Part shown: positions 47,783-59,700 of the stretch, piece after piece | Layout of the letters: each line of letters opens with the position of its first letter | Position numbering within the stretch: the first letter of the stretch is position 1 | Assembly (NCBI RefSeq): GCF_016432865.1 | Contig: NC_067403.1 | Coordinates: forward strand, 252,402,001-252,466,000 | DNA from: Antechinus flavipes | Lineage: Eukaryota | DNA length: 64,000 nt | Reading direction: 5' to 3' | The notes under the pieces: generated by a model | What the model was told of the DNA's origin: nothing | Seen by the model: the letters and a program-made list of their open reading frames with translations, nothing else | The model's database searches: none | Translations under genes and position numbers: made by a program

Positions 47783-50700
47783 CTGAGGGAGAGAGGGCGC
47801 CAATTAAGGGACGCGCCCCTGGGCTGAGCGTGGGCACCCTCCCCACCCCCCAGGAAGCTGAGGCTCCAGCAGGAAGTGGAGACCCAGGAGCCACCTTTCA
47901 GCCCTGGAAGTGCTCTCTGACAGAGAAGGTCAAGTCTGGACATGAAAAACCCCTGTGCCCGATAACCCCAATAAAGGAGCTGGCCCGCAGCAGGGCGCCG
48001 CTCCCTGTGGGCGAGAGGTCAAAGGTGAGCCAAGGGCTCTCAAAAGGAGGCGGCCGATGCAGTGCCAAAAGGTCCTGAGCAAGAGGGTGGGAAGCGCGCG
48101 TGCCGGAGGGACTGCGGAGAATGGGCCCTCGGGCATCGTCCAGCACTCATTCACTGCCTGCTGTGTGCCAGGCGGCCGCCGAGCCCCAGGAGACACAAAA
48201 ACGGGCCCAGACCCAGGCTGGGAGAAGGGCCCATGTGCCCACATTGTGACCGAGCCCTCCTCCGAGACCCGCATGGCCATCAGGGCTCTGTCCTGGGCTA
48301 TGAGCCAGCATGCTTCGGACGCCGAGCAGAAGCCGGCCCCGGGCTGCCCCGAGAAGTTGGCGAGACCCTGGGACGTCCCTCCTCTGCCCCGGAGGGCCCC
48401 GCGCCCCCTACCTGTGAAGTGGAGGATTTCTGTCCACTGCTTGCAGATGTAGATCTGAACGTCGGTGCCTCCGAGGGCCAAATACGTGCCGCTCTGGTCA
48501 AAGATCAGAGACTTCACCTGTCACGGAGAGAACCGGGTTTAGAGGCTGGGGATCCCGGCCCGGGGGTGGCCCGAGGGTCCGGCTCAAGGCAGGGCCGAGG
48601 ACGCCCGCCAGTCCACCCACCTCAAAGTTATTGTCCAGCTGCAACGTCTTGAAGTTCTTGAGTTTGCGAAGATCCCAGAGTTTGACGGACGAGTCGTCGG
48701 CTGCGGTAGCCAAGTAATAGCCGTTCTCCGAGAAGGCGATGCTGGTGATGGGCCCGGAGTGTCCCGGGAAGTTGGCCACGTTGGTGCGTTCCTGCGGGGG
48801 AGCGGGAGGAGGAGTCAGCCCCAGAAATTCCTTGGGTCCCACCGTGGGGGGGAGGGGGGCCTTTTAGGCAGAAGCGAGAGGACGGGGCAGAGGGGTCCCG
48901 GCGGCCCTCCCCCTCTCCCGGAGCAGCCGTGGCTGTCAGGCACAAAGCTGGCGGGTCAGCGGCGCGCTCGGGGCCTCCCACATACCTTCAGGTCCCAGAT
49001 CTTGATTTGAGAGTCCATGGTCCCAGTCCCAAAAATGAGCCCATCAGGATGGAACTGAGCGCAGGTGAGAGCTGCAGAGGGAGGGGAGAACGAGCTGAGT
49101 CAGCACCTGCCCACTGGGGCCGAGGCGGGGGGACGGGGCCGGCCCTTGGGGGCACTCACCGCAACCCGAAGTCTCGTCGGTGACCTTGGTGAGCACTCGT
49201 CCCGTCTGGATGTCGGAGAAGGCCCAGTACTAGGCACAAACAGACAAGAAGGATGAGGGAGAGGGAGCCCCCGGAGGGTGCAAGAACACGGGGCCCGGGC
49301 CGGGCTGCTCTGGGTCCGAGGAGCAGCGCTCTCAGGAGGCTCACCTGGTCATCCGAAGAGCTCAGCAGGTAGTCACCCGTGGCGTGCAGGCTCAGGCCAG
49401 TCACGGCACTCTCGTGGGCCCGGACAACCTGCACGCAAGAGGCGTTGGGGACCGACCAAATGCGGATGGTGGCGTCCGGGGAGGCAGAAAACACCAGGTC
49501 CTGGGAGGGGGAAACAAGAGGGTCCGACCGTGAAACTGGCAGCAGATCCCAGGGAGGCAGGCCCCGCCCTCCCCCAGAGCCCGTTCTGCTCCCTGGCCCA
49601 GCCCTGGGACAAGGCAGAGGGCTGCAGACGCCCACCCAAAGCTCTCCCTGGCTGAATGCCCTCAGTCTACCTTCAGCAACATGAGTCCCACCATTTCCAG
49701 GCCTGACTTTCTAGCCCTTCCCTTCACAGCATCATGACTGACCAACAGCACTCTCCTCCCTGCTGGGGTCCTGCCGCCTCCCCCAGGACCATGCCCAGCC
49801 CCCCGTGTCTGCTCTCTTCAGGCAGGGTGCTGGAAACCTGCACACCTCCCTCCCCACCCAATCTGGGCTCAGTAGAGACCACCAAGTCATCTGGTCAACA
49901 AGGTGGCACTGCCACCCAGTGGCAGAGGTGGGCAATGGCAGGCTAGCACATGGGGCTGCTTCCCAAGGAGGCTGGGAGGCCTCCAGGCCCACGGTCCCCC
50001 CATCCCCCGCCCCCCTGAGGTTGAGAGGCCCCCAAAGCCACAATAAAGGCCCAGGTAGAGACGCAGTCAGCAAGGACAAGGGTCATCACGTTTACTGGCC
50101 ATGGGACCATCAACTGAGGCCGGAAGGCCCTGGGTTCGTCTCTATTTTACTGATGAGGGACCTGGGCCCAGAGTCCCAGGAAGCCAGAAGAGGCAGAGCC
50201 GGGAGCCGGGGCCCTGCCTCTGGGGGAGCTCGGGACCCTGAGCTGCTTTCTTCCCATAGTGGGGGGGGGCGGGGAGCTACCTGCGAGGACCAGAGACTCT
50301 CCTTGCTGTGAGGGCAGAACTCTGCTTTTCCCCATCGGTGAGGGGCCCATTAAGGAGTTTCCTCTTGGGCCTTTAAAGATCACTCAGGGACTGCAGCTGG
50401 CACACGGGGGGCCGGGGGAATTCTTGTGGGGACCTCAGACCCCCCCACTTTGTAACTTGGGCCAAGTTTTCCCATCTGTCACAGGAGAGATGGCCCTTCC
50501 AGGCCTAAGAGCTGGAATCCTCTGAGCAAGACCCAAGGCAGGTCACTAAGGGAAGGAGTAACCCTGCTGACCTCTGACCTTCACATCAACCCAACCCAAC
50601 CCAGAGAACTGCCCGGGTCACTTCCAAGGGAGCCAGGCCGACAGAGCTGCGACGGCCTCACCTGGGACGGGTGGAACACCACGCTGGTGACCTTCTTGGT

Positions 50701-53700
50701 GTGGCCTTTGAGCGTGGCCAGGATCTGCTCGGAGCTCTTGTCAAAGACGACCACGTTTTTATCCGCCCCTCCTGAGGATGACGCGAGCAAGCCGTGAGGA
50801 GGGGTACTGGGACCCCCCGGGAGCCCGGCCCCCCCAGACCACCTTCGGCCTGCCGCTTACCGGTGAGGATCTTGTTGGTGTCTGACGGGCAGAGGTCCAA
50901 GGCCAGGATTCCCGGGATGCTGGCGCTGTGCAGCCCCTTTACAGAGAGAAGGGCGGCCCCGCGCCATCTGAGCCCAGATTCTGGAGCTAGCGTGCGGCCC
51001 TTAGCTCCCTGGCTAAAGTCGGGGCTTTCTCCTCCCGCCCTCAGCAGGAACCTCACTGAGGGAGCAGCAACACCCCCCCACCCCATCACTAGCAGAAGGA
51101 GGCTCAGTTCCTGGGTCACCAGACCTCCATTACCACAGGCCTCTGGAGTCTGCTCGGAGGAGGACCACTCACCACATGGGATGCCACCTGCCGGTACTTG
51201 CTGAGCTCCTCCGGCTTCACCAGCTCCTCCGGCACCGTCTTCCCCCTCTGTCAACCAGAGCAGCCCCCAAAGGCTCCTGGTGAGTGATGTCAAAAGCCCC
51301 CTCCCCCCTCCCTCCCCAGCACCGCCCCATCCCCTCAGCCCCCTCCCTCCGTGGCACCCCCCCCCATTCCAGGTGCCCGTCCCCACTGGCGGGACTCACC
51401 TTTTTACGCTCCGTGGTGAGCACCGTAGCTTTGTCTTGAAGCTGGAGAGGAGAGCAAAAGGCCATGAGACCCGGCTGCAGACCCGAGTGCCCGCCCACAC
51501 ACGGTGTGCCCCACTTCTCTCTCCAGGCCGGGAGGCAATGGCCGGAGCTGGGGCTCGGCACGACAGCCCGGCTCTCGAGGGGCGGACACCAAGCCCTTGC
51601 CCAGGCAGCCATCACGGAGGGTGGAAGGGAGAAGGCCCAAGAGCCGGGCACTGCGCCGGTCCCAGGGGGCGGTCCAGGTGCCTACCTTCTGGATGATCTC
51701 GGGGGTCATTCCCACCAGCTCTCCCAGATCCATCGGCTCGCCGGCGCCCTGAAAGAAAGAAGATGGCGGCTGAGGAGGCCCGAGGAGGGGCCCCGGCGCT
51801 CGGCGGGGGCGCGCCCAGGGGAGCACTCACCACGACACTGGGCTGGGAGCTCGGCACCGCCTGGGGCACGATGAGCCCGGCCTGGGGCTTCAGCGTGGCC
51901 AGGGCTTCTCGGGCAGCGGTGACCTCCTTCGTGAGACGGGCGATGACACGGCAGGCGGCGTCATGCTGGTAGAGCGCGTGGGACAGCTCCTGGCGGGTGG
52001 TCTGCAGCTGCTGGCGCAGGGTGAAGCTGTGCAGCATGACGGCGTCCTGGGGGAGAGGGGCGGCTGAGACGGGGCAGGGGAGCTGGCGGAGAGGCCCGGT
52101 GCGGCCACACTCCTCCGGGAGCCCCGGGCACAGACCCGCTCCCGACCAGGCCTTCCATCTGCTGCCTTGACCTCCCAGGGCCCCACCGGGAAGCCCGCAG
52201 CCGAAGCGAGCGGACAGGGTCACCCTTAACCCCCGACCCATCTGAGCCTCAGGCGTGATCGCCTGGGACCCAGTGCCCCGGACAGAGGAGCCCCGCGCTC
52301 TCACCCATTCGTCCTGCAGGGCCTTCAGGATGGCCGGGATGCTGGTGGCAGAGGGCGGCTTGGGCCGGATGGGGTGGGCAACTATCCGAGAGACAGAGAG
52401 CGGCTCTTGAGAGATTCCGGCACAAACCGCCCTCCCGCGTCCCTTCCTCCCGGGCTTCTCATCAAGGCCCCCGCTGGCGCCCTGGGGTGAGGTACCTTTG
52501 ATGTCAATCAGCTGCTCCTCAGACAGGGGCTGGTTGTTGATGGGGTCGGTGCCATTCTCTGCAATGTACTTCTCGATGAGCCTCCGCTCGTACACGTGGT
52601 TGGAGACCGGGGACACGCAGGGGTGCTCCGGCACCTCGTTGGAGACTGGGAAGAAGGGGCCCGGGGCTCATGAGCATCCGGCGACTCCCCGACCAGCGCA
52701 ACGCTCAGGGGACAGTCGAGCGCAAAAGGGCCACGGGGGGAGCTCGGGTCCGGCCATCTCAGACGCTGCTGTGGCTCGGGGCGCGAGGGGAACAGCGCCC
52801 ACCCCCAAATTCCGAGTCACGACTCCCTGGGCTCTCACAACTCAGTGCGGGGCCACCAAGTTATGACTCGTCATCAGGAAACGTTTGATGTCGCACCTAT
52901 TTTATATTCCCATATACCTGGGGACACCTGAAAATTTCTGGGGTCACGGATGGGGAAAGTGGAAGGACCCCCAACTTAGAGGTCGTTAGAGGGTCCAACG
53001 GAGCGTCAAAGTCTCTGGGACAGGCCCCGGGGTCAGGAAAAGGGGACAAAGGGCGGCTCTAGGGGGCAAGACCCCAGCCAGCTACAGAGTCCTGTCCTCC
53101 TGGAGCTTGGAGGACAAGTCCGAGTCTACTCAGCGCTGTGAAAGATCGTGGGGGGCCCTGCTGTTTTGGGGCACCACGCTTACCCCGCTTGGAACGAAGA
53201 CTAATCCTGATTGGGCAGACCCTCTGAAAGGGCTTCAGGCACCCCCAGGAGTCCCTAACGCACACTCTGAGAACCCCTGTCCCCCTTTATGAGAGGAGAT
53301 GGGGAAGGGCTGAGCCTAAGGGAGAACAAGACAGGGACGAGCCGCAGCTCCCGCTGAGCCGAATCCCCCCGTTTCTCCCCTTTCTCCCGCAATGACCACC
53401 AAGGACCCACAAGGACGGAGCACCTGCTGGGGGGGGGGGCGGTGTCTGTGGACATCTTCCCTCCATACTTGGAGGAACTCCCCGTGGCACAGCCCCTCCC
53501 CCCGAGCATCTGCTGGGAGGGAGGCTCCCCGTATGGCACCGACTAAGGGGGCTCATCTACCTCCGTCCCTCCCCCACCGCCTGCAGCAGGGCGCAGAGCA
53601 GGTGAGCGCCCCTACTGTGTGCACAGCCACGAGGCGGTTCCCTTCCCAGCCGCTCCCATCCCGCGGCTTCCGCTGCCCCGCCCCCATGCCCCACCCCCTT

Positions 53701-54049
53701 TCTCCAAACCGGGCCACAGTCGCGCGGGTCTGCCCTGGAGGACATGTGCGCCCCCGTTAGCGGGGCAGCTCCTGGAGGGCGGCGGCGGCCGGGAAATCAG
53801 CACCGCGTGCGGCGCACAGTCCAGGCTTACTAAGTGCTTGCAGTGTGCAGGCCGCAGACGCGCAGCCCCCGGGGCGCCGCGTCCAAGCTTCCTCGCCCCG
53901 CGTTACAGGCGAGGAAACTGAGGCCGCGGCGGGAGAAGCGCCTGGCCTCGGGCCATCCCAGCAAGAAGACGCCGGACTTTAGGCTCCACCTGGGGAGGCC
54001 CGGCCGCGAACCCCAGAGGCCACTACTTACTGGAGCAGATGAGGGACAT
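47685..54049 (-). CDS. PRPF19: Pre-mRNA-processing factor 19, 504 aa; complement(join(47685..47782,48412..48517,48621..48791,48986..49071,49160..49229,49345..49500,50662..50771,50861..50936,51173..51247,51400..51441,51686..51748,51831..52046,52305..52381,52496..52645,54031..54049))
   Basis: 15 GT-AG exons summing to 1515 nt: U-box ([19 protein letters not shown]), coiled coil, WD40 repeats ending [11 protein letters not shown]. Essentially identical to the recalled human protein. Confidence 0.98.
48412..48517 (-). CDS. PRPF19: PRPF19 exon 14
   Basis: [10 protein letters not shown]...EILHFT; 106 nt. Confidence 0.95.
48621..48791 (-). CDS. PRPF19: PRPF19 exon 13
   Basis: ERTNVANF...LDNNFE; 171 nt. 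Confidence 0.95.
48986..49071 (-). CDS. PRPF19: PRPF19 exon 12
   Basis: [10 protein letters not shown]...IWDLK; 86 nt. Confidence 0.95.
49160..49229 (-). CDS. PRPF19: PRPF19 exon 11
   Basis: [10 protein letters not shown]...TSGC; 70 nt. Confidence 0.95.
49345..49500 (-). CDS. PRPF19: PRPF19 exon 10
   Basis: DLVFSASPD...SSSDDQ; 156 nt. Confidence 0.95.
50662..50771 (-). CDS. PRPF19: PRPF19 exon 9
   Basis: [10 protein letters not shown]...FHPSQ; 110 nt. Confidence 0.95.
50861..50936 (-). CDS. PRPF19: PRPF19 exon 8
   Basis: GLHSASIPG...KILT; 76 nt; AAG acceptor. Confidence 0.95.
51173..51247 (-). CDS. PRPF19: PRPF19 exon 7
   Basis: RGKTVPEEL...VASHV; 75 nt. Confidence 0.95.
51400..51441 (-). 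CDS. PRPF19: PRPF19 exon 6
   Basis: [14 protein letters not shown]; 42 nt. Confidence 0.95.
51686..51748 (-). CDS. PRPF19: PRPF19 exon 5
   Basis: [21 protein letters not shown]; 63 nt. Confidence 0.95.
51831..52046 (-). CDS. PRPF19: PRPF19 exon 4 (216 nt; equals human exons 4+5)
   Basis: DAVMLHSF...[12 protein letters not shown]...SQPSVV, uninterrupted. Confidence 0.95.
52305..52381 (-). CDS. PRPF19: PRPF19 exon 3
   Basis: [10 protein letters not shown]...LQDEW; 77 nt. Confidence 0.95.
52496..52645 (-). CDS. PRPF19: PRPF19 exon 2
   Basis: [12 protein letters not shown]...LIDIK; 150 nt. Confidence 0.95.
54031..54049 (-). CDS. PRPF19: PRPF19 exon 1 (coding part)
   Basis: gccATG TCC CTC ATC TGC TCC A|GTAAGT; preceded by a (GCG)n-rich 5'UTR at 54050-54092. 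Confidence 0.95.
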
Positions 54050-54099
54050 GGCGCCACCGCCGCTGCCGCCACCGCCGCCGCCGCCGCCGCCGCGCTGGG

Positions 54100-54520
54100 G
54101 CTCCCTTCCCGCCGGGCTCTGCTTCCGGGGCCGAAGCCTCTACTTCCGGTTCTCCCCCTCTCCCGGGGGGTGGTTCCGGTTCGAGGAGGGAGAGGGGGAA
54201 AGAAGAGGGCTGGGCACGCGGGGCTTCACGTGGGGGAAGCCGTCGCGCGCGGGATCCTTGGGCAACTAACGGAAACGGGTCCTTCCCGGCATGCAATGGG
54301 ACCGGAAGGAGCTCGGCCGCCTCCTATCCGGATTTTCCGGAGGGCGCTCGGTTTCTTCCGGAAGAACATGGGATCAGGAACTACATTTCCCATGATGCAA
54401 AGAGAGTAGGGCCGTCCGATTCCCGAGAGGAATACGAAAGGTTGAAAGACCGCGAGATTTGCTGCCCCGGGGCGGGGTCGTTGGCGTTAAAACGCGCCGT
54501 GTCTTGACGTCACTCCAACT
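54100..54520 (-). promoter_or_regulatory. PRPF19 CpG-island promoter
   Basis: Several ETS CTTCCGG motifs, ZNF143-type ACTACATTTCCCATGATGC (54380-54398) and a full CRE TGACGTCA (54505-54512). No TATA box. Confidence 0.75.
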
Positions 54521-55974
54521 GTTTGGACCAGAGAGGGAAGGTTTGGCTCTGCTTCAGCCAGCCTAGTATTAAATTTAAAATTCAGGCCCACGGAGGTGGA
54601 GCAGGGCGGGGCCTTAGGTACCACCTAGACCACCTCCCTTCCATTTTACAGATGGGTAAACAGCACTCTCGGAGGCGGCACGCCCCAGTTACTGCTTACT
54701 TCGCTTGTGAGCTTGGTTGGGTAAACATGGTGCCCCCACGTGGGTCAGTGTGTCAGTCCCTTGGGGGCTACCACATGCAATGTTGGCAAACCGTCGGTCT
54801 CCCGCTGGTCCCAGTGCGGCTGAGAGGCGGCCTCGACGCTTTCATAGCCGTGGGCCCGCGGCACCGGCGGTGGCTCTGTGCCTCAGTTTCCCCGTCTGTA
54901 AAATGAGGGGTTAGACTCTGGCTTCAAAGCTGGGATTCTGGCACCCTGGGGGTGACTGGGCAAGCCCTTTCCCCTTAACTGGGAAATGGAGGACTGGACT
55001 AGACAGTGCCTGCGGTCACTCAGCCGGCCCGGCACAAGCCGGGAGAATCCGGCCGGGACCGCTTCCTGGAGGAGGGGGTGGGAGCCCAACCTGGAAAGGA
55101 GATGGTTCCGAAAACCCACCACAGCCCCCGGGGAGGCGAGCACGGCCTTTACCGCCTTCTCCTGCCGAGGGAATCAAGCCCAGCTAGCTAAGTGTGATCG
55201 CGGGATTCCGGTCCTTCAAGTGTCCCCGGCCTGAGCTGCCGGAAGGGGACGTGCAAGATGCAGCAACGGGGGTGATTTCTAGCCTGGAAAACTGGGGGGG
55301 CAGCGATCCGGAGCGGGCCAGGCGGGGCTGGCTCCTGGGCGCAAAGAAAAGGTCGTTTATTCTGTTTGGCAGGGAGGGATAAGGCTGGGCTAGAGGTCCC
55401 CGGGCAGCTGGGAACGCGGGCGAGAGCTACAGGGGTCGGGCTGGCGCTGGCCAGCGGGTAGGAGGAGCACTGAGTCTGCCTTCCGCAGTCCCAGCCTGTT
55501 GCTTGCCAGTTGAATGACCTTGGGTAAGTCATGGGCTCAGGAGCCGGAACTCAGGATTTAGAATGGAAAGCTATCTCTGAGGTCATCTGAGTTTCATCCC
55601 GTAGTGCCGGGCAGGAGCCTTCTCTTGGCGTTCTCTCCCACGAATTATTGCTGATCGTTATGGTATAACGCGGTGTAGTATTATATGTGCTGTATACGTG
55701 TAACAGGATGTTTTAGTATAATAACAATATGTAATATATATACACACACACACACACATGCCTACTCACAGACTAGCCCCATGACTTATACATGGAACTA
55801 CATATCCCATCTGGACAAGTAGCAAACGTTGCCCTAAATGTAGGGGATACCAAAAACAAAAAAGCATTTTTCAGTCACTGAGCTTGTTGAGTATGACTAG
55901 TTAAAAACTAGACTCTCTTGACTGATTAGGAATCATCAGAGGCAAATAAATGTTCCGGAGTTTGATGCTATTGA

Positions 55975-56215
55975 AGCAGTCGGTATATAGTGGATAGAGT
56001 GCTTGGCTTGGATTCAAGACCTGAATTTAAATCCAGTCTTAGATACTTCCTAGCTGTGCAACTCTGGGGTAAGTCACTTAAGCACTGCCTCAGTTTCCTC
56101 ACCTGTCAAAATGGAGATAATAACATCTACCTCGTAGGGTTGTTGTGGGAAATTAAATGAGATATTTGTTTAAAAAAAAAAAAAGCTTGGATCATAGTGC
56201 CTGGTACATCTTGAG
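55975..56215 (+). mobile_element. MIR/CORE-SINE
   Basis: agtggatagagtg..ctgaatttaaatcc..ctcagtttcctcacctgtcaaaatggagataataacatctacctcgtagggttgttgtg..aaatgagatatttg. Confidence 0.75.
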
Positions 56216-56379
56216 CATTATGTAAATTCTCATTCCTTTCCCTTCCTCCTTCTCCACTTGGCCCAATGTTATTCCTAGACAAGACAAATCTGGAAGATCT
56301 ACCATTTCTAGGGGAACCTGGGCCTGGCACATAGGAAGGGCTTGTTTGTTGACCGATAGCTGACTGGCTTCTCCAGTGC

Positions 56380-56720
56380 CTTTAAGGGCGAGCTTGATTT
56401 ATCTCCCTGCCTTATCTTTCTTGATGCTAAATTTGGAAGTACCGACCAGAATTATCCCTATCATTACCTCTCTTAAGGATTTTGACACATATGGGAGACT
56501 CCATGTTGGAGGAGAGCCCCGAAGATGGTGTCTGGCTCAGCCAAATCAAATCCTTCCTTAAATTCAAGAAACAATAAGCATCGTGTGAGCCTCTCCTCGC
56601 TATATTTGTTAATCATTTGTGTGATTGTAAAGTTGTGGTCTGTTGTAGGGCATCATTTGGGAAAACCTGTTTCCTCCTCCTTCATATCAGCATCAAAAAT
56701 TCCTCCACATGCGTGGACTT
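56380..56720 (-). mobile_element. Degenerate RTE-type reverse transcriptase fragment
   Basis: Minus-strand translation ETGFP..TTDHNFTITQMINKY..CLLFLEFKEGFD..IFGALLQHGV...KIRQGD..SP matches non-LTR RT motifs, with stops. Confidence 0.65.
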
Positions 56721-59700
56721 TTTGACCGAGAAATCAATTGCCTCATCCGAGAGATCGAAAAGAACTAGATTCTGCCATAATCAGCAAGTGCTCGATTTCC
56801 TTGCCTAGAAAAGAAATGGAGACCAAGAGCAATCCCCATTTGTAAAATCCAGTGGAGAAGTGTGGTGAGAGACTGAACAGTCTGGCCATGTAAAACATCA
56901 AAATTTATCAAGAGACATAACTGGGCAAAATCATTCCTAGGGAATTCAGAGATGAAATTAGGACGACGACAGTGAATGGATGAAAAAAGGAAAAGATCTG
57001 GCATTGTCACTCCGGCAAAAACTCTGTTTCTGAATCGGGGACAGTGGACAGCAGCACTGGGAGTGGACTCTTCACCGCACAGCATGGCTAGGGAAGATTT
57101 ATAGGAATGATTCCAAAAAGCATAAACAAGAGCATCAATCACAATGGAGGAGGATTTATCCAGGGAGTCGGTGTTCAGTCTGATGTGTTTCCCCAGTCAA
57201 AGAGTAGGTATAGAGTAGGGATCTATAAAATTGTGTGGTTTAAAGAAAGATGATTTTATTTTTATTATAATTGGTTTTTTTCTCTAATCCTCTGCATTAT
57301 GTTTTATGCATTTAAAAACATTGTTCTGAACAGCTGTCTATAGGCTGCCCAAAGGGTCCGTGACAAAAAGATCAAGCAGCTGTGGTGTCTAAGGGACCTT
57401 CCTTATGGAATGTCAGCATGGTTTGCTAAGAGAACTTGCAGAACTATTCATTGTGTTTCAAAGACCTGGGCTGCCTCCAAGATAACTGACTCATTGGGCC
57501 CTGAAAATGGTTGTAAAGTAATCTACCTTTCCCCTCATCCCACTTATGATTTGTGTATAAAATCTCTACCTTGCCTGCAACAGAGCTCTCCTGCCCAGGA
57601 GAACTTCCAGTTTGCAAACTGTATTCCTCACTCTGAAAATGATTAAACTGCTACTTGATGTCTAAAACCTGCCCCTTGGCCCTGCTCAGTGTGGCTCTAG
57701 TACAGCTTCCATCCAGGAATCTTTGATCGCTTTGTTCGTTCCCTGGGTCTGTGGATTCTGTAGTTTTGGTGGGAGTGAAATAGTCTGTCCCAAAGCCAAT
57801 ACCCATGCTCTTTGGAAGTCTCAGGAGTCAGGGACCTTGTTCCTATCTTAAAGCACTAGACACACCCTCTTCTGGACCATACGAGACATCTTGAAGTTGC
57901 CATTAAAGAGAAATAAGCCTTTTGGATCCATGCTCCAAGACTGGACCCGGACTATGTGAGCTCAGAGTTAGGGGGAGGCCTGGACCACTGATCTGGTGTA
58001 AACGTTTTGTTGTTGGTCGCTTGCATCCAACTCCTCAGGATCTCATCTCAAGGTTTTCTTGGCAGAGATGCAGGGGTTTGCCATTGCCTTCTCCAGCTCA
58101 GACGGGGAAGCTGAGGCCAACAGAGTGAAGTGACTTGACTAATAAATACGTGAGGGCAAATTAGTGCTTCGGTCTTCCTAATGCCAGCCCTGGCACTGTT
58201 TCCACTGCATCAGTGTAAAGGAGACCAGCGCTAAAAGACAGCCAAAGTCCAAGTGACCCGGTCAAGCTCTTCACAATGTGTGGGACACCCTCTGCTCTCA
58301 TATCCGTCTGATTTCTTGCCTTTTTTCAAAGCCCAGTCCCAGCACAGCCTCTTGGCTGAAGGAGAAGTCATGTCCTCCCAGCCTGTGCCCTTGGGGAGCT
58401 ACTTTGTGATAGAGATTATGTTTATCTGGATATGAATGAACTCTAGGGTCTCCCTCAAGAGAGTCTTAACTGCCTTCCCAAAGTGTGGGTTGTCGTCTTT
58501 GTACTTTTGTATCTCCAGCATTTAGCCTAGTGCCTGGGACATAGCAGGTGCCCCAAAATGCTTGTTGAATGAAGAAGTGGATGAAAGGGGTTTAGGTTCT
58601 ACCTTGACAGATAACCCAAATGGGAATAATCACCTCTCCCTCTCTCCCCCTCTCCTTTTGTCTCTCCCTTTCTTTTTTTTCTCTCTCCTCTCTCTAGTTC
58701 ATATCCTTATTTATTCTTATCCTGTTTTTATTTTTTAGTCTATCAACAGGTTTTTATTAAGAACTTGCTATTTTCCAGAAACTGAATGAGGTATTGGGAA
58801 AACCAGAACAAAGTATGAAATAATTGTTACTCTAATGGGGACGGAAGGTTACATTCTAATTGGGGAGAGAAGTACATATAAAAATGTAGACAAATACAAT
58901 TATATACAAAGTATTTAAACTAGTTCAGGTAGGAGAGTACTGGTGGTCAGGAGATCAGGAAAGGCTCCATGAAATAGACAGTATTCTGAAAAGGGATCCA
59001 TAGCTTTCATCAGATTTCCAAAGGGGTCCATGTTACCTTTTTTTGTAAAAGGTCATGGTAGAAGGAAAAGAGAAAAGGAGAAGGAAATAAGCATTTATAT
59101 AGTGCCAACTATGTGCCGGGCACTGTGCTAAATGCTTTACAAAGATTTCATTTGATCCTCATAACCGTGGAAGGTAGATTCTATTATCTCCATTGTACAG
59201 AACTGAGGCAAATCAGTGAGTTGCCAAGGTTCATAGAGATAATTTTCTGAGGCTGGTTTTGAATTAAGTCTTACTGATTCTAGGCCCAAAGCTCTAGACA
59301 TTTGAGCTACCAGCTGCCTCAGGACCCAAGAAAGAACTTGAGAATGGCCACATTTAGAGAGAGGGGATAACACAGGTATTAGGTTGAATTAGTAAAGGAG
59401 ATTGAGAAATCATCAGACAGGCAGAAAAGAAAGAGTTTTCAGAAGATGAAGTTGATTAACCACTTCAAATCCAGCAGATGGGCTAAGAGATGAAAAGAGA
59501 CCATTGAATTTGGCAATTGGTAACTTTAGCTAGAACCACAGGAGATGAGGTGGAAAGCCAGATTACTGAAAGTTGAGGAGTGAGTCTCCTACAAGACTAA
59601 AGATTCCTTTCCTCTGAGATTCCCTCCAATTAAATATACCCTCTATACCAAGTGACAGGGGGAGGCTGAAGATTGAGGGAAGGATCACAATCTGCTGGAG

